A stretch of 64,000 nucleotides of DNA from positions 44,052 to 108,051 of the forward strand of contig CAYROK010000001.1 of the NCBI GenBank assembly GCA_964425975.1, written 5' to 3'. Source of the DNA: an uncultured Candidatus Saccharibacteria bacterium. Its GTDB lineage: Bacteria > Patescibacteriota > Saccharimonadia > Saccharimonadales > UBA4665. Position numbers and translations under genes: made by a program. The notes beneath the pieces are model-generated. The model had not been told where the DNA came from, searched no databases, and was given only the letters and a program-made list of their open reading frames with translations. Positions 34,605 through 44,598 of the stretch are shown here, piece by piece (positions within the stretch are counted from its first letter, which is position 1; every line of letters starts with the position of its first letter).

Positions 34605-35072
34605 TTATTTTTCTGTGTCTTGTTTTGCGGGGCGTTTAACGCGAGGAACGGCCGTAAAGCTACCACCGGCCTTTTGAATCGCTTCTACAGCGTTAACGCT
34701 TGCTGCCTGCAGCGAAACGTCGACTTTTTTTGCAACTTCACCGCGAAAAAGCAGCTTTACGCGTACAAATTCGCCACTGACCAACCCAGCATCGGCGAGT
34801 ACTTTGTTGTCCACCTTTGCGCCGAGTCCGTTGAGCTGCTCGGTATAAACGTTTTCTGCCTTCGGTTTTAGGCTACGGAACCCACGCAGTTTTGGTAAGC
34901 GCTGCATAAGAGGATTTTGACCACCTTCAAAACCGGGACGTTTGCTAAAGCCAGTTCGTGCACCTTGACCTTTTGTACCACGTCCTGCCGTCTTGCCTTG
35001 ACCTGCAGCAATGCCTCGGCCTACGCGCTTTGGCGATTTTTTGTGACGTGCGGTTAATTCATGATATTTCAT
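34605..35072 (-). CDS. rplO: 50S ribosomal protein L15
   Basis: 155 aa; KRVGRGIAAGQGKTAGRGTKGQ. Confidence 0.95.
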   Translation of the reverse strand: MKYHELTARHKKSPKRVGRGIAAGQGKTAGRGTKGQGARTGFSKRPGFEGGQNPLMQRLPKLRGFRSLKPKAENVYTEQLNGLGAKVDNKVLADAGLVSGEFVRVKLLFRGEVAKKVDVSLQAASVNAVEAIQKAGGSFTAVPRVKRPAKQDTEK

Positions 35073-35842
35073 TATTTTGCACCTTTCTTAGGAGCTACTT
35101 TCTTTGCAGCTGCTTTCTTGGCCACAGCAGGTTTTTTTACCTCGGATGCGGCTTTGACAGGGGTGACTTTTACTTCATTTTTAACTGTTGGTACTTTTTC
35201 AACTTTTTTTGCATTTTTTGTGCTAGCCTGATGCCTCGTTGTGACCCAGTTTTTGGCCGGTTCAAGTGTCTGAAGTGCTGCAATCGTTGCATATGCAATA
35301 TTGGTTTTGTTGCTTGAGCCGAGTGACTTGCTGAGCACATTACTGACGCCGGCCACTTCGAGTACGGTGCGGACAACGCCTCCCGCAATAAGTCCGGTAC
35401 CAGGTGCGGCGGGCATTACAAGTATCCTTGCACCTGCAACTTTACCCTCGACCTCGTGCGGAATTGTCCCTTTATACAGCACTACGGGAACAAAATGCTT
35501 CTTCGCAACTTCTGTTGCCTTTGTGACAGCAGCGGTTACGTCAGCTCCCTTTGCACTACCGATACCCACTTTGCCTTTGCGGTCTCCAACAACAACAAGT
35601 GCGCGGAACCGGAACCGGCGACCACCCTTTACAACACGGGCTACGCGGTCAATATGGACAACACGTTCGTCGAACTGCTTTTCTTCGGGTGGCTGTTGGC
35701 CACGATCATTGCGACCACGCGGAGAGCGGCCACCACCGTCACGACGATTACTGCCGCCACGAGGACCGCGGAAAGTTTGGCTCTGAGCAGCTGTTTCTGC
35801 CGCAGCAGCTTGCATTGCCTGAGTTTCAGTGTTTTCTGCCAT
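35072..35842 (-). CDS. rpsE: 30S ribosomal protein S5 with RGG-rich N- and Lys/Ala-rich C-terminal extensions
   Basis: 256 aa; S5 core VVHIDRVARVVKGGRRFRF...; directly abuts rplO, so no L30 gene. Confidence 0.9.
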   Translation of the reverse strand: MAENTETQAMQAAAAETAAQSQTFRGPRGGSNRRDGGGRSPRGRNDRGQQPPEEKQFDERVVHIDRVARVVKGGRRFRFRALVVVGDRKGKVGIGSAKGADVTAAVTKATEVAKKHFVPVVLYKGTIPHEVEGKVAGARILVMPAAPGTGLIAGGVVRTVLEVAGVSNVLSKSLGSSNKTNIAYATIAALQTLEPAKNWVTTRHQASTKNAKKVEKVPTVKNEVKVTPVKAASEVKKPAVAKKAAAKKVAPKKGAK

Positions 35843-35843
35843 G

Positions 35844-36197
35844 TTAGAACTCCATTCCTTTCTCTCGGGCGGCTTCGGCCAAAGCCTTTACGCGGCCGTG
35901 ATACTGCTTGCCGCTGCGGTCAAACACAACTTTACTGACCTTCAGCTTTTTAGCAGCGGCTGCAATTTCTGCACCAACCCATGCGGCTTTTTCGGTCAAA
36001 GTACCTTTTGCCGCTTTATTACCAGCGGTTGTCACTGCTGCAACGGTATGATGTTTACTGTCATCAATTATTTGTGCACTGATGTTCGTGTTGCTCACGT
36101 TGACGCTCAGGCGGGGACGATCGCTCGTGCCTTTAACTGTGGCGCGGATGCGATTTTTTCGCTGAGCGCGCTGTACTAATTTCTGGCTCTGGCTCAT
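35844..36197 (-). CDS. rplR: 50S ribosomal protein L18
   Basis: start at ATG 36197 ([18 protein letters not shown]), 1 nt after the rplF stop; the longer ORF to 36248 overlaps rplF. Confidence 0.9.
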   Translation of the reverse strand: MSQSQKLVQRAQRKNRIRATVKGTSDRPRLSVNVSNTNISAQIIDDSKHHTVAAVTTAGNKAAKGTLTEKAAWVGAEIAAAAKKLKVSKVVFDRSGKQYHGRVKALAEAAREKGMEF

Positions 36198-36198
36198 G

Positions 36199-36738
36199 CT
36201 ATTTATCCTTTCCTGACTTACCTGACTTGCGTAAGATTCGCTCATCAACGTACTTTATTCCTTTGCCCTTGTACGGCTCTGGTTTCTTAAGGGCGCGAAT
36301 TTCGGCTGCAACCTGACCGACCTGCTGTTTGTCTATGCCGGTAATGGTCATTTTGTTTTGCTCGACGGCAACTTGTACGCCTGAAGGTACTTTGTAAATA
36401 ACGTCGTGACTAAAACCAATATTGAGCTTTAAGTCGGTACCTTGCAGGGCAACACGGTAACCAACACCGTTTAGTTCAAGCTGTTTGCTAAAACCTTGAC
36501 TGACACCTTGCACCATATTGTTTACGAGTGCACGCATGAGGCCGTGGGCGGCACGAATCTTCGGCATGTCATTTGCCCGTGTGACGGTAAGCACACCGTC
36601 TTCAACTTTTACTGTAATGTCCTCCAACTGTGGAGTTTGCAGATTTCCCTTAGCCCCAGATACCTTAATGGCATCTGAGTCGACAGTGATTGTCACACCG
36701 CTTGGGATCTGGATGGGTAGTTTTCCTACTCGACTCAT
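36199..36738 (-). CDS. rplF: 50S ribosomal protein L6
   Basis: 179 aa; [15 protein letters not shown]. Confidence 0.95.
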   Translation of the reverse strand: MSRVGKLPIQIPSGVTITVDSDAIKVSGAKGNLQTPQLEDITVKVEDGVLTVTRANDMPKIRAAHGLMRALVNNMVQGVSQGFSKQLELNGVGYRVALQGTDLKLNIGFSHDVIYKVPSGVQVAVEQNKMTITGIDKQQVGQVAAEIRALKKPEPYKGKGIKYVDERILRKSGKSGKDK

Positions 36739-36748
36739 TGTTTTAATA

Positions 36749-36820
36749 GAGTTAAGAAGTATGAGTTATGAGTTAAGAGTTTTGGTACTCTTATCTCTTA
36801 TCTCTTATCTCTTATCTCTC
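36749..36820 (-). repeat. heptamer-periodic inverted repeat (GAGTTAA-type x4 / CTCTTAT x4)
   Basis: left arm 36749-36779, loop 36780-36787, right arm 36788-36820; about 25 of 31 positions pair in mRNA sense. Confidence 0.85.
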
Positions 36821-36829
36821 CTTTCCTAT

Positions 36830-37231
36830 TTAATAAACTTGACAAATTAGCTCGCCACCAACTCCTTGCTGCTTGGCTTCTTCACCGGTCATAAGACCTT
36901 TGGAAGTCGAAATGATGAGAACACCGCGACCGCGTTTCACTTGCGGCATCTCACGGGCATTTGTGTATGAGCGGCGACCGGGCTTACTGAGACGCTTAAT
37001 TTCAGTAATTTTCGCGTTTTCACCATCAAGATTAATCGTTATGTGCAATTGCTTGCCGACGCTTAAGTCCGAGACACTCACATCATGCAAGAAGCCATTG
37101 TTCTTCAATGAAATTGCGACGTTTTCTTTGATATTACTATGAGGCAAGCTCACTTCGGTTTTGCCGACGGCAATCGCATTGCGTATGCGGGTCAGCATGT
37201 CTGAAATAGGATCAGTAGTAGTCACACTCAT
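36830..37231 (-). CDS. rpsH: 30S ribosomal protein S8
   Basis: 133 aa; DPISDMLTRIRNA. Confidence 0.95.
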   Translation of the reverse strand: MSVTTTDPISDMLTRIRNAIAVGKTEVSLPHSNIKENVAISLKNNGFLHDVSVSDLSVGKQLHITINLDGENAKITEIKRLSKPGRRSYTNAREMPQVKRGRGVLIISTSKGLMTGEEAKQQGVGGELICQVY

Positions 37232-37242
37232 TTATTTACCTT

Positions 37243-37305
37243 CTTTCTGATTTAGCAGAGAGCAGGAAACATTTGGCAAAAATTTAGCAGGGTGCATTTG
37301 GCAGA
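37243..37305 (-). repeat. 63-nt dispersed spacer repeat, copy 1 (upstream of rpsH)
   Basis: 59/63 identical to 40702-40764; internal words ATTTAGCAG and CATTTGGCA, each twice. Confidence 0.85.
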
Positions 37306-37395
37306 GACTTGCACATGCTGTTCGTCTGCCACCTGATACCTGAAAAATTTCTGTTACCTGCAAATTGCTACTTGAAATATGAAGCGAAGCGACCA

Positions 37396-37665
37396 TTACC
37401 AGCTCGCTTTCGTTACACCAGGGATTTCTCCCTTGCTTGCATGTTCACGGAAAGACAAACGGCTGAGGCCAAACTGACGCATATACGCATGAGGGCGACC
37501 TGTCTCGACACATCGGTTTTTACGACGCGTCGGTGACGAGTTTCGTGGCAGCTTTGCCAGGCCTTCGTAGTCCCCAAGCTCTTTAAGTTCTGCACGCTTT
37601 GCCGCGTATTGTTCTATCATCTTGATGCGCTTTTTATCGCGCGCTAAATTCGATTTTCTAGCCAT
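37396..37665 (-). CDS. rpsN: 30S ribosomal protein S14 (long, non-zinc form)
   Basis: start at ATG 37665 ([13 protein letters not shown]...); ends ...[11 protein letters not shown]. Confidence 0.9.
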   Translation of the reverse strand: MARKSNLARDKKRIKMIEQYAAKRAELKELGDYEGLAKLPRNSSPTRRKNRCVETGRPHAYMRQFGLSRLSFREHASKGEIPGVTKASW

Positions 37666-37666
37666 A

Positions 37667-38263
37667 TTATTTAGCCTCCTTTTCAAACGGCATGCCGAAC
37701 TTCTGCAGCAGTGCCTTGCTGTGAGCTTTATCTTCACAACGTACGACAAAAACGGCTTGTAGGCCATGCGGAGTCGTCGTTTCCTCGAAGGTTAGTTCGG
37801 GAAACACACTCTGATCGGTCATACCTATACTGAAATTCCCTTGTTTATCAAACGCGCGGTTGCTTACGCCATGGAAGTCGCGCAGACGCGGCAACACGAT
37901 GTTAATGAGACGATCCATAAACTCGTACATTCGTTCGCCACGAAGTGTGAGTTTCAGCCCTATCATATTACCTTCTCGAAGCTTGAAGCCGGCAATAGAG
38001 TTTTTCGCAACAGTCTCAACGGGTTCTTGGCCAGTTACTTTGCGTAGAGTGTTCTTAGCGGCTTCAATGGTTTTCTTGTCTTCTTTGGCCTTGCCTAGCC
38101 CAACATTGACAACGATTTTTTCAAGTCGTGGCACCTGATGCGGATTGCTTAAGCCTAAGTCTTTCAAAAGTTCAGCGGCAAACTTCTCGTTATACTCGGC
38201 TTTCAAACGAGCAACATACGGTTTTGCAGCTTTTGGAGCTTTCTTGGTTGCGGTATCTGCCAT
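37667..38263 (-). CDS. rplE: 50S ribosomal protein L5
   Basis: 198 aa; [22 protein letters not shown]. Confidence 0.95.
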   Translation of the reverse strand: MADTATKKAPKAAKPYVARLKAEYNEKFAAELLKDLGLSNPHQVPRLEKIVVNVGLGKAKEDKKTIEAAKNTLRKVTGQEPVETVAKNSIAGFKLREGNMIGLKLTLRGERMYEFMDRLINIVLPRLRDFHGVSNRAFDKQGNFSIGMTDQSVFPELTFEETTTPHGLQAVFVVRCEDKAHSKALLQKFGMPFEKEAK

Positions 38264-38667
38264 TAGAGAACCTTGTCATCTTTCTTCGCGCTTGCGACCT
38301 TCTTGGCCGTTGCTTCGACTTTCACTTCTTTACCGCTGGCCTTATAGACGCGAGTCTTGCTACCGTCTTTGTTTACGGTAAACCCTATGCGACTTGGTTT
38401 CTTTGCGGTTGGATCAACGATGGCTACTTTACTTACCCAGATTGGTTTTGTAATTTCAAGTATGCCGCCTTGAGGATGTGCTTGGTTCGGTTTTTGGTGT
38501 TTCTTGACAATATTTACACCTTCGACCGTAACCTTGTTTTCGGCCGCATGCGTTTTGAGTACGCGACCTTGCTTGCCTTTGTACTTGCCGCTCAGGACTT
38601 GTACAAGATCACCCTTCTTAAGTCTGATTTTGAAACGCCTGTTATCTGTCATCTGTTCCCTGCTCAT
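38263..38667 (-). CDS. rplX: 50S ribosomal protein L24 with C-terminal extension
   Basis: 134 aa; KOW motif KKGDLVQVLSGKYKGKQGRV. Confidence 0.9.
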   Translation of the reverse strand: MSREQMTDNRRFKIRLKKGDLVQVLSGKYKGKQGRVLKTHAAENKVTVEGVNIVKKHQKPNQAHPQGGILEITKPIWVSKVAIVDPTAKKPSRIGFTVNKDGSKTRVYKASGKEVKVEATAKKVASAKKDDKVL

Positions 38668-38669
38668 TG

Positions 38670-39038
38670 TTATAGTACCTCCGGAGCCAAGCTGATAATC
38701 TTAGCATAGCCCAAGTCACGCAGTTCTCTGGGTACTGGCCCAAATATACGTGTGCCTTTCGGGTTTTTATCGTCGCCAATTATTACCGCTGCGTTATCGT
38801 CAAATTTGATAGTACTTCCGTCTTTGCGTGTTATCTCTTTTTGAGTGCGCACAACAACTGCACGAACAACCGATTTTTTCTTGACGTTGCCCGTAGGGCT
38901 GGCCTGCTTAACCGTAGCCGTAATAATATCGCCCACTTTTGCATAACGCCTACGCGTGCCACCTAAAACGCGAATACACAAAATTTCTTTTGCGCCGCTG
39001 TTGTCACAGACAACAAGTCGAGTTTCCTGTTGCACCAT
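38670..39038 (-). CDS. rplN: 50S ribosomal protein L14
   Basis: 122 aa; [18 protein letters not shown]. Confidence 0.95.
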   Translation of the reverse strand: MVQQETRLVVCDNSGAKEILCIRVLGGTRRRYAKVGDIITATVKQASPTGNVKKKSVVRAVVVRTQKEITRKDGSTIKFDDNAAVIIGDDKNPKGTRIFGPVPRELRDLGYAKIISLAPEVL

Positions 39039-39102
39039 TAGTTGCTCCTTTCAGTAGCTGAAGCATGAAGCATGAAGCATGAAGCATGCATAGGAGCAAC
39101 TA
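39039..39102 (-). promoter_or_regulatory. SD-sequestering helix plus (GAAGCAT)x4 array in front of rplN
   Basis: 39039-39049 is the exact reverse complement of 39092-39102 (11 bp); one arm is the AGGAG SD region ending 1 nt before the ATG; four perfect heptamers at 39060-39087 in the loop. Confidence 0.7.
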
Positions 39103-39132
39103 AGGAGTTTTTCATGATACTTGATTCATAAT

Positions 39133-39444
39133 TCATGATTCATTTTCCTTTTTTGGCTTGTCGGTAACACCCGGGACTTCCGTAGCGGTTTCAATGTGCT
39201 TAACTTCTGCTTTCTCTATAATTGCTTGTAGAGTAAATCGCTTGCGGCGACTAATTGGTCTTGTCTCGATCACAACTACCTTGTCGCCAACCTGGGCTTC
39301 GTTTTTTTCGTCGTGAGCCATAAATTTTTTACTTGTAGTGTACTGTTTGCGGTACAACGGATGCGTCTTTTTCTCACGCACGGTAATTACGATGGTCTTA
39401 TCTGTCTTGTTGCTGGAGACCACACCAGTGATTGTCTTCGCCAT
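39133..39444 (-). CDS. rpsQ: 30S ribosomal protein S17
   Basis: 103 aa; GVVSSNKTDKTIVITV. Confidence 0.95.
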   Translation of the reverse strand: MAKTITGVVSSNKTDKTIVITVREKKTHPLYRKQYTTSKKFMAHDEKNEAQVGDKVVVIETRPISRRKRFTLQAIIEKAEVKHIETATEVPGVTDKPKKENES

Positions 39445-39445
39445 C

Positions 39446-39646
39446 TTATTTGGCCTCCTTAACTAGGTTATCGCTCAAGACGGTAAGCATTCGAGCGAGA
39501 TCTTTGCGCTTGCCTCGAACAGCACGAACATTCTGGTTGTCGCCCATGTAAATATGGCGGCGAAGTTCGGCTATCTCGTCGCGAAGCTTGTTCGTTTCTT
39601 TCGTGAGCTCAGCGGTGCTTAGTTTACGGATATCTGCAATTTTCAT
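39446..39646 (-). CDS. rpmC: 50S ribosomal protein L29
   Basis: ATG 39646 (MKIADIRKLS...) with GGAGGG upstream; GTG 39655 alternative overlaps rplP. Confidence 0.9.
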   Translation of the reverse strand: MKIADIRKLSTAELTKETNKLRDEIAELRRHIYMGDNQNVRAVRGKRKDLARMLTVLSDNLVKEAK

Positions 39647-39647
39647 A

Positions 39648-40061
39648 TTATGCACCCTCCTTCACGATAAACTTTGTCTTGACTGGTAACTTATGACTGG
39701 CGAGACGCATAGCTTCACGGGCAGTTTCTTCCGTAACCCCCTGCATCTCAAACATGACAGTTCCGGGACGTACTTTTGCTACAAAGAACTCTGGTGAGCC
39801 TTTGCCGCTACCCATTTTCACGTCAAGTGGCTTACGAGTGACGGGCGTATGCGGGAATATGCGTATCCAAATTTTTCCGCCGCGCTTAATGTAGCGGGTC
39901 ATAGCTTGACGTGCTGACTCAATTTGGCGGCTCGTAATGCGTTCGTGTCCTTGCGCTTGCAGCGCAAATTCGCCGTAAGCTATATAGTTACCGGCCGTAG
40001 CGACGCCACGGATTTTACCCTTGCGGACTTTACGAAATTTCGTTCGTTTTGGGAGTAACAT
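39648..40061 (-). CDS. rplP: 50S ribosomal protein L16
   Basis: 137 aa; [11 protein letters not shown]. Confidence 0.95.
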   Translation of the reverse strand: MLLPKRTKFRKVRKGKIRGVATAGNYIAYGEFALQAQGHERITSRQIESARQAMTRYIKRGGKIWIRIFPHTPVTRKPLDVKMGSGKGSPEFFVAKVRPGTVMFEMQGVTEETAREAMRLASHKLPVKTKFIVKEGA

Positions 40062-40691
40062 TTATTTGTCCCCCTTGTAAATCCATACCTTGATGCCGAT
40101 TATGCCAGCACCTGGCCAGTTTGCGCGAGCTGATGCAAAGTCAATATCCGCGCGAATGGTGTGCAGTGGTACAGAACCGACAGCTTCTTTTTCGCGTCGT
40201 GACATTTCGGCGCCGTTTAGACGGCCAGCCACCTCGATACGCACTCCTTTTGCGCCAGCGCGCATAGTAGCTGCGCTTGCACTTTTGATAGCACGACGAA
40301 AGCTCATACGGCGCTCGAGCTGGTGAGCAATGTTTTCAGCCACAAGTTTTGCATATAAATCCGGCTTTTTGACTTCTTCGATGTTGACACGAGCTGGTAC
40401 GCCGTAAACCTTTTCTATAGCCGCCTTCAGTTCCTGAGCGCCCTGGCCTCCACGTCCGATTACAACACCGGCCTTGGCCGTTGCAATCGTAACCGTGACG
40501 AGGTTCGGTGAGCGTTCTATGTCAACTTTGTTTATAGCACCGCGCGAGCCAAACTTGTCCTGGATTAGCTTTCGAACCTTGAGGTCCATGGCAAGATAGT
40601 TTGCATATTCGCGCTTGCCAACAAACCACTTGCTTCGCCAATCCTTATTGGCTTGTAGGCGCATGGAGATAGGGTTTACCTTTTGTCCCAT
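40062..40691 (-). CDS. rpsC: 30S ribosomal protein S3
   Basis: 209 aa; MGQKVNPISMRL, KH domain. Confidence 0.95.
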   Translation of the reverse strand: MGQKVNPISMRLQANKDWRSKWFVGKREYANYLAMDLKVRKLIQDKFGSRGAINKVDIERSPNLVTVTIATAKAGVVIGRGGQGAQELKAAIEKVYGVPARVNIEEVKKPDLYAKLVAENIAHQLERRMSFRRAIKSASAATMRAGAKGVRIEVAGRLNGAEMSRREKEAVGSVPLHTIRADIDFASARANWPGAGIIGIKVWIYKGDK

Positions 40692-40701
40692 TATGCAGCT
40701 C

Positions 40702-40764
40702 CTTTCTGATTTAGCAGAGAACAGGAAGCATTTGGCAGAAATTTAGCAGGTTGCATTTGGCAGA
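40702..40764 (-). repeat. 63-nt dispersed spacer repeat, copy 2 (upstream of rpsC)
   Basis: 59/63 identical to 37243-37305. Confidence 0.85.
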
Positions 40765-40839
40765 TTCGTTCTACTGAGTTTTGTCTGCTACCTGAAATCT
40801 GTTTAATTTCTGTCATCTGATATCTGTTACTTGTAAAAT

Positions 40840-41217
40840 TCATGACTTAGTCTCCTTGGAAGCTGCGGGCTTCTTAGCAGGGCGAAGTTCTCCATCGACT
40901 AGTACACGGATATGGCTGCTTCGCTTCATATATGGGAGTGCGCGACCCATGGCAGCCGGTCGGTAGCGCTTCATGCGAGCACCATGGTTGACTGTTATTT
41001 CGGTAATGACCAACGTATCTGCCTTGTAGTTATGGTTATGGCTGGCGTTTGCCTGAGCGCTTTTTATCGTCTTTAGTACCGGTAGAGCAGCACGACGCGG
41101 CGTGTGCTCTAGAATGACAATTGCGTCAGAGACGCTACGGCCGCGTACCAGCGCAGCAACTGCAGCAACCTTACGTGGACTTAATCGAACACCTTTACTT
41201 TCAGCTTTTACAGACAT
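40840..41217 (-). CDS. rplV: 50S ribosomal protein L22
   Basis: 125 aa; RLSPRKVAAVAALVRG. Confidence 0.95.
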   Translation of the reverse strand: MSVKAESKGVRLSPRKVAAVAALVRGRSVSDAIVILEHTPRRAALPVLKTIKSAQANASHNHNYKADTLVITEITVNHGARMKRYRPAAMGRALPYMKRSSHIRVLVDGELRPAKKPAASKETKS

Positions 41218-41232
41218 ACTGCCTCCGGCTTC

Positions 41233-41326
41233 TGAATCATGAAGTATGAGACATGAATCATGCCAGCAGCTTTGCTGCTGTTATTTTCCGTTACTTGATT
41301 CATTATTCTTAATTCCGTATTCATGT
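41233..41326 (-). repeat. heptamer-periodic inverted repeat around a perfect CAGCAGC-TTT-GCTGCTG hairpin
   Basis: left heptads TGAATCA TGAAGTA TGAGACA TGAATCA (41233-41260); core hairpin 41264-41280; right heptads TACTTGA TTCATTA TTCTTAA TTCCGTA TTCATGT (41292-41326). Confidence 0.8.
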
Positions 41327-41598
41327 TATTTACCCTTGGCTAGCTTTCCACCGTGAGAACGGAACTTACGGGTTGGGCTAAATTCACCAAGCTTATGCCC
41401 AACCATGTTTTCGGTGACAAAAACAGGTACATGCACTTTGCCATTGTGTACAGCAAATGTTTTACCAACAAAATCTGGTGCGATCGTGCTGGCACGCGCC
41501 CATGTTTTGATAATAGTACGATCCTCTGGGCCTTGACTAGCGACTTTTTTCGCGAGCTTCGGATCGATAAATGGCCCTTTCTTCAATGAACGACTCAT
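41326..41598 (-). CDS. rpsS: 30S ribosomal protein S19
   Basis: 90 aa; [12 protein letters not shown]. Confidence 0.95.
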   Translation of the reverse strand: MSRSLKKGPFIDPKLAKKVASQGPEDRTIIKTWARASTIAPDFVGKTFAVHNGKVHVPVFVTENMVGHKLGEFSPTRKFRSHGGKLAKGK

Positions 41599-41601
41599 AC
41601 C

Positions 41602-42432
41602 TTATTTCCTCTTGGCCGCGTGGCGGCTTCTTACGATCATATTGTTGGTACTCTTGCGGCGGCGGGTCTTAAACCCGAGCGTTTTCTGTCCCCATGGAGT
41701 TCGAGGCGCCTTAGCCATACGGTGACGACCACCGTCACCACCACCGTGGGGGTGATCAACGGCGTTCATGACAACACCACGCACGCTTGGACGCTTACCG
41801 AGGTGACGGGAGCGACCAGCCTTGCCGATCTTCACATTTTGGTGCTGCTCATTGCCTACGACACCAATTGACGCGGTACACGTAAGGAGAAACTTACGAA
41901 CTTCACCGCTTGGCATACGTACCTGGGCGTATTCGCCTTCTTTTGCCATCAGCATGGCACTGTTACCTGCGCTGCGGACGGCTTGCGCGCCACGACCTGG
42001 CTTGAGTTCAAGCGCATGTATAGTAGTACCGACAGGGATGTTTGCCAGTGGTAAACGATTGCCCGTTTCTATTGCCGCTTCGGCGTGACCGCTGACGGTT
42101 TGGCCTTGTTTCATGCCACTGACAGCTAGGACATAGTGGTATGTACCCTTGCTGTCTTTTACCCGAGCAATTCGTGCACTCCTGTTTGGGTCGTATTCAA
42201 TGTGTTCAACCGTACCTTCACCCTGGAAGTCAAAATTCATAATACGGTAATGTTTGCGAGCACCGCCGCCTTGATGGCGAGTTGTTATACGACCTTGATT
42301 GTTGCGACCGCTTCCGCGCTTCACACTTTTGACAAGTGATCGGACGGGTTTTTTAGTAGTCACACCAGAAAAATCTTGACTACTCATCCCCCGTCGGCCG
42401 GGAGTCGTTGGGTTGTATGCCTTAATAGCCAT
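41602..42432 (-). CDS. rplB: 50S ribosomal protein L2
   Basis: 276 aa; GRNNQGRITTRHQGGG, HPHGGG. Confidence 0.95.
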   Translation of the reverse strand: MAIKAYNPTTPGRRGMSSQDFSGVTTKKPVRSLVKSVKRGSGRNNQGRITTRHQGGGARKHYRIMNFDFQGEGTVEHIEYDPNRSARIARVKDSKGTYHYVLAVSGMKQGQTVSGHAEAAIETGNRLPLANIPVGTTIHALELKPGRGAQAVRSAGNSAMLMAKEGEYAQVRMPSGEVRKFLLTCTASIGVVGNEQHQNVKIGKAGRSRHLGKRPSVRGVVMNAVDHPHGGGDGGRHRMAKAPRTPWGQKTLGFKTRRRKSTNNMIVRSRHAAKRK

Positions 42433-42461
42433 TAGACTGCTCCTCCGTCGCTGATTAACGC

Positions 42462-42546
42462 GTCACGTGTAACGTGTAACATTGGTGTAGCATGTAACAT
42501 GTCACAATTGTTACAGGTCACAGGATAATCCAAGGTGACAGGTGAC
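42462..42546 (-). repeat. array of nine GTNAC pentamers, mostly at 7-nt spacing
   Basis: GTNAC at 42462, 42469, 42476, 42494, 42501, 42510, 42517, 42535, 42542. Confidence 0.85.
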
Positions 42547-42568
42547 ATGAAAATGGATAATCTTTTCA

Positions 42569-42976
42569 TTATTTGGTCTCCTTTTTCGCACGTGTAGTCA
42601 GTTTTTTCAGAGTGGATTTTTTCTCGGATGACTTCTCGACTTTCTTCGTTTCGGCTTTTTCGGCGTCGGCAACTTCCTTTTCTTCTGCCTCGAAGAACGG
42701 AAGATGGCTACCCGCCGCAAGCGTGACGTACGCCTTTTTCAAATCGCTTTGCGTGCCCTTGCGATTACTACTTCGTTTTCCAGTTAGATTCATAATGCGC
42801 TTGACTTTACCCTTGCGACTAACAAGGCGAACTCTCTTTACCTCAACAGAAAACTGCTTTTTTACCTCATTTGCGATTTCTACGCTGTTCATTTCACTTG
42901 GGACGTCAAATGCAAAGGTGTTTGTACTTTGGCTGAGTGCAAATGATTTTTCACTTAAACGGGGTTTTACAAACAT
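42569..42976 (-). CDS. rplW: 50S ribosomal protein L23 with Glu/Lys-rich C-terminal extension
   Basis: 135 aa; L23 core in the first 95 aa. Confidence 0.9.
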   Translation of the reverse strand: MFVKPRLSEKSFALSQSTNTFAFDVPSEMNSVEIANEVKKQFSVEVKRVRLVSRKGKVKRIMNLTGKRSSNRKGTQSDLKKAYVTLAAGSHLPFFEAEEKEVADAEKAETKKVEKSSEKKSTLKKLTTRAKKETK

Positions 42977-42977
42977 A

Positions 42978-43631
42978 TTATTTTACCTCCGCTTTCTTGG
43001 CTGGCTTCAGCCATGTTTCGACTACTTTCAGTGCATCGGCAGTCATGACAATGTGGTCTGCGTTCATGATGTCAAATACGTTCAAATATTTAGCAGTTAC
43101 CAGCATGACATTTTGTAGATTTGCCGTTGACATAACAAGCTCTGGGGTTTTAGTTTCTACGACAACCAGTGCGTCGCGGATAACGCCAACTTTCGTAAGA
43201 AGCTTGGCCATTTCTGCAGTTTTGCCCTCTTTACTCTTGAGGTTTTCCATAACAATCAGCTTTCCACTTTCACTCGCAAGGCTCAAAGCTTGTCGAAGTG
43301 CAACTCGTTTGCTGGTAGTGGAAATTTTGACACTGTAGTTTTCCTGACCAGTAGGCCCAAAAACAATACCACCGCCGCGCCAGATCGGGTTGCGCGAACT
43401 ACCAAAACGCGCTCGGCCAGTACCCTTTTGCTTCCATGGCTTTTTGCCACCACCTCGAACAAGTCCGCGGGTTTTGACAACTGCAAGGTTTTCACGTCCA
43501 TTCGCAAGATAAGCTTCATAGGCTTGACGCAAGAGCTGGTGATTCTTGACCTCGACTCCAAAAACCTCTTTGCTGAGTTTTGCAGCCGTTGTAGCTTTTG
43601 TGCCAGCAACACTATATGTAGGAGTAGCCAT
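42978..43631 (-). CDS. rplD: 50S ribosomal protein L4
   Basis: 217 aa; GGGKKPWKQKGTGRAR. Confidence 0.95.
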   Translation of the reverse strand: MATPTYSVAGTKATTAAKLSKEVFGVEVKNHQLLRQAYEAYLANGRENLAVVKTRGLVRGGGKKPWKQKGTGRARFGSSRNPIWRGGGIVFGPTGQENYSVKISTTSKRVALRQALSLASESGKLIVMENLKSKEGKTAEMAKLLTKVGVIRDALVVVETKTPELVMSTANLQNVMLVTAKYLNVFDIMNADHIVMTADALKVVETWLKPAKKAEVK

Positions 43632-43633
43632 AA

Positions 43634-44254
43634 TTATTTCTCCTCCCCTTTGATAACAACGATACCTTTACGAGGGCCAGGGACTGCACCCACGACACCG
43701 ATATAGCCTTTTTCCGCATCGACAAGCGCTACCTTCAGGTTACGCACAGTGACTTGATCGTGACCAAGATGACCAGCCATCTTCTTGCCAGGCAAGATAT
43801 GCTGGGGATACATTGAACCAATTGAGCCAACGCGGCGATAGCTGCGACCACCATGAGTTTTGCGTCCACGGTGGAAGTTATGGCGGCGAATGGTACCTGC
43901 CCAACCTTTGCCCTTACTCGTGCCCGTAACATGCACCGTGTCACCAACTGAAAAGACCTCGGCGTTGATTGTGTTTCCAACGGTGAGGTCTTCGGTAATT
44001 TCAGGTACACGGAATTCGCGCATAATACGCACGATTTGCTTTGCACCCTTCAGGTGACCGACTTGCGGCTTTGCAACACTAGATTCTTTTACTTCCTCGC
44101 AGCCGATCTGCACGGCTGTGTAGCCGTCGGTTTCATCGGTTTTCACCTGTGTAATTACACAGGGACTAGCGGAAAGCAAGGTAACAGCTTGCATCGTACC
44201 ATCTTCAGCGATAGTACTCGTCATGCCAACCTTTCTCGTAATTAATGCTTTCAT
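43634..44254 (-). CDS. rplC: 50S ribosomal protein L3
   Basis: 206 aa; VTGTSKGKGWAGTIRRHNF. Confidence 0.95.
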   Translation of the reverse strand: MKALITRKVGMTSTIAEDGTMQAVTLLSASPCVITQVKTDETDGYTAVQIGCEEVKESSVAKPQVGHLKGAKQIVRIMREFRVPEITEDLTVGNTINAEVFSVGDTVHVTGTSKGKGWAGTIRRHNFHRGRKTHGGRSYRRVGSIGSMYPQHILPGKKMAGHLGHDQVTVRNLKVALVDAEKGYIGVVGAVPGPRKGIVVIKGEEK

Positions 44255-44544
44255 AGTTTTTCGTGCACTGGATAAGCGGCGTATCTCGTTGTTGTCAGGT
44301 GCGAGCCTCGGAACCGCGGTATTTCAATACCGCTCTCCTCAGTTCTCCCTGCCGCCTAGAGCTACTTGCTCCCCAGCACACTCTTCCTTTGTTATTAGAA
44401 TGATATTACCTTACAACCGAGTTCCGCACTTTGTGGCTTGTACATTGACACAAAAATCTCGGTGGTCGGGGGTTTCCACTGATAATTATGTACCAGATAG
44501 ACCTACCTCACATCACCATACGGAAATGTTTGTATGTAAACCCC

Positions 44545-44574
44545 AGATTAGCACAAAACCTGAACTTCTGTCAA
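44545..44574 (-). promoter_or_regulatory. candidate promoter for rplC and the downstream r-protein genes
   Basis: minus-sense TTGACA-18 nt-TAATCT, about 290 nt upstream of the rplC ATG. Confidence 0.5.
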
Positions 44575-44598
44575 CCCGTTGCAAAAACTACAACTGAA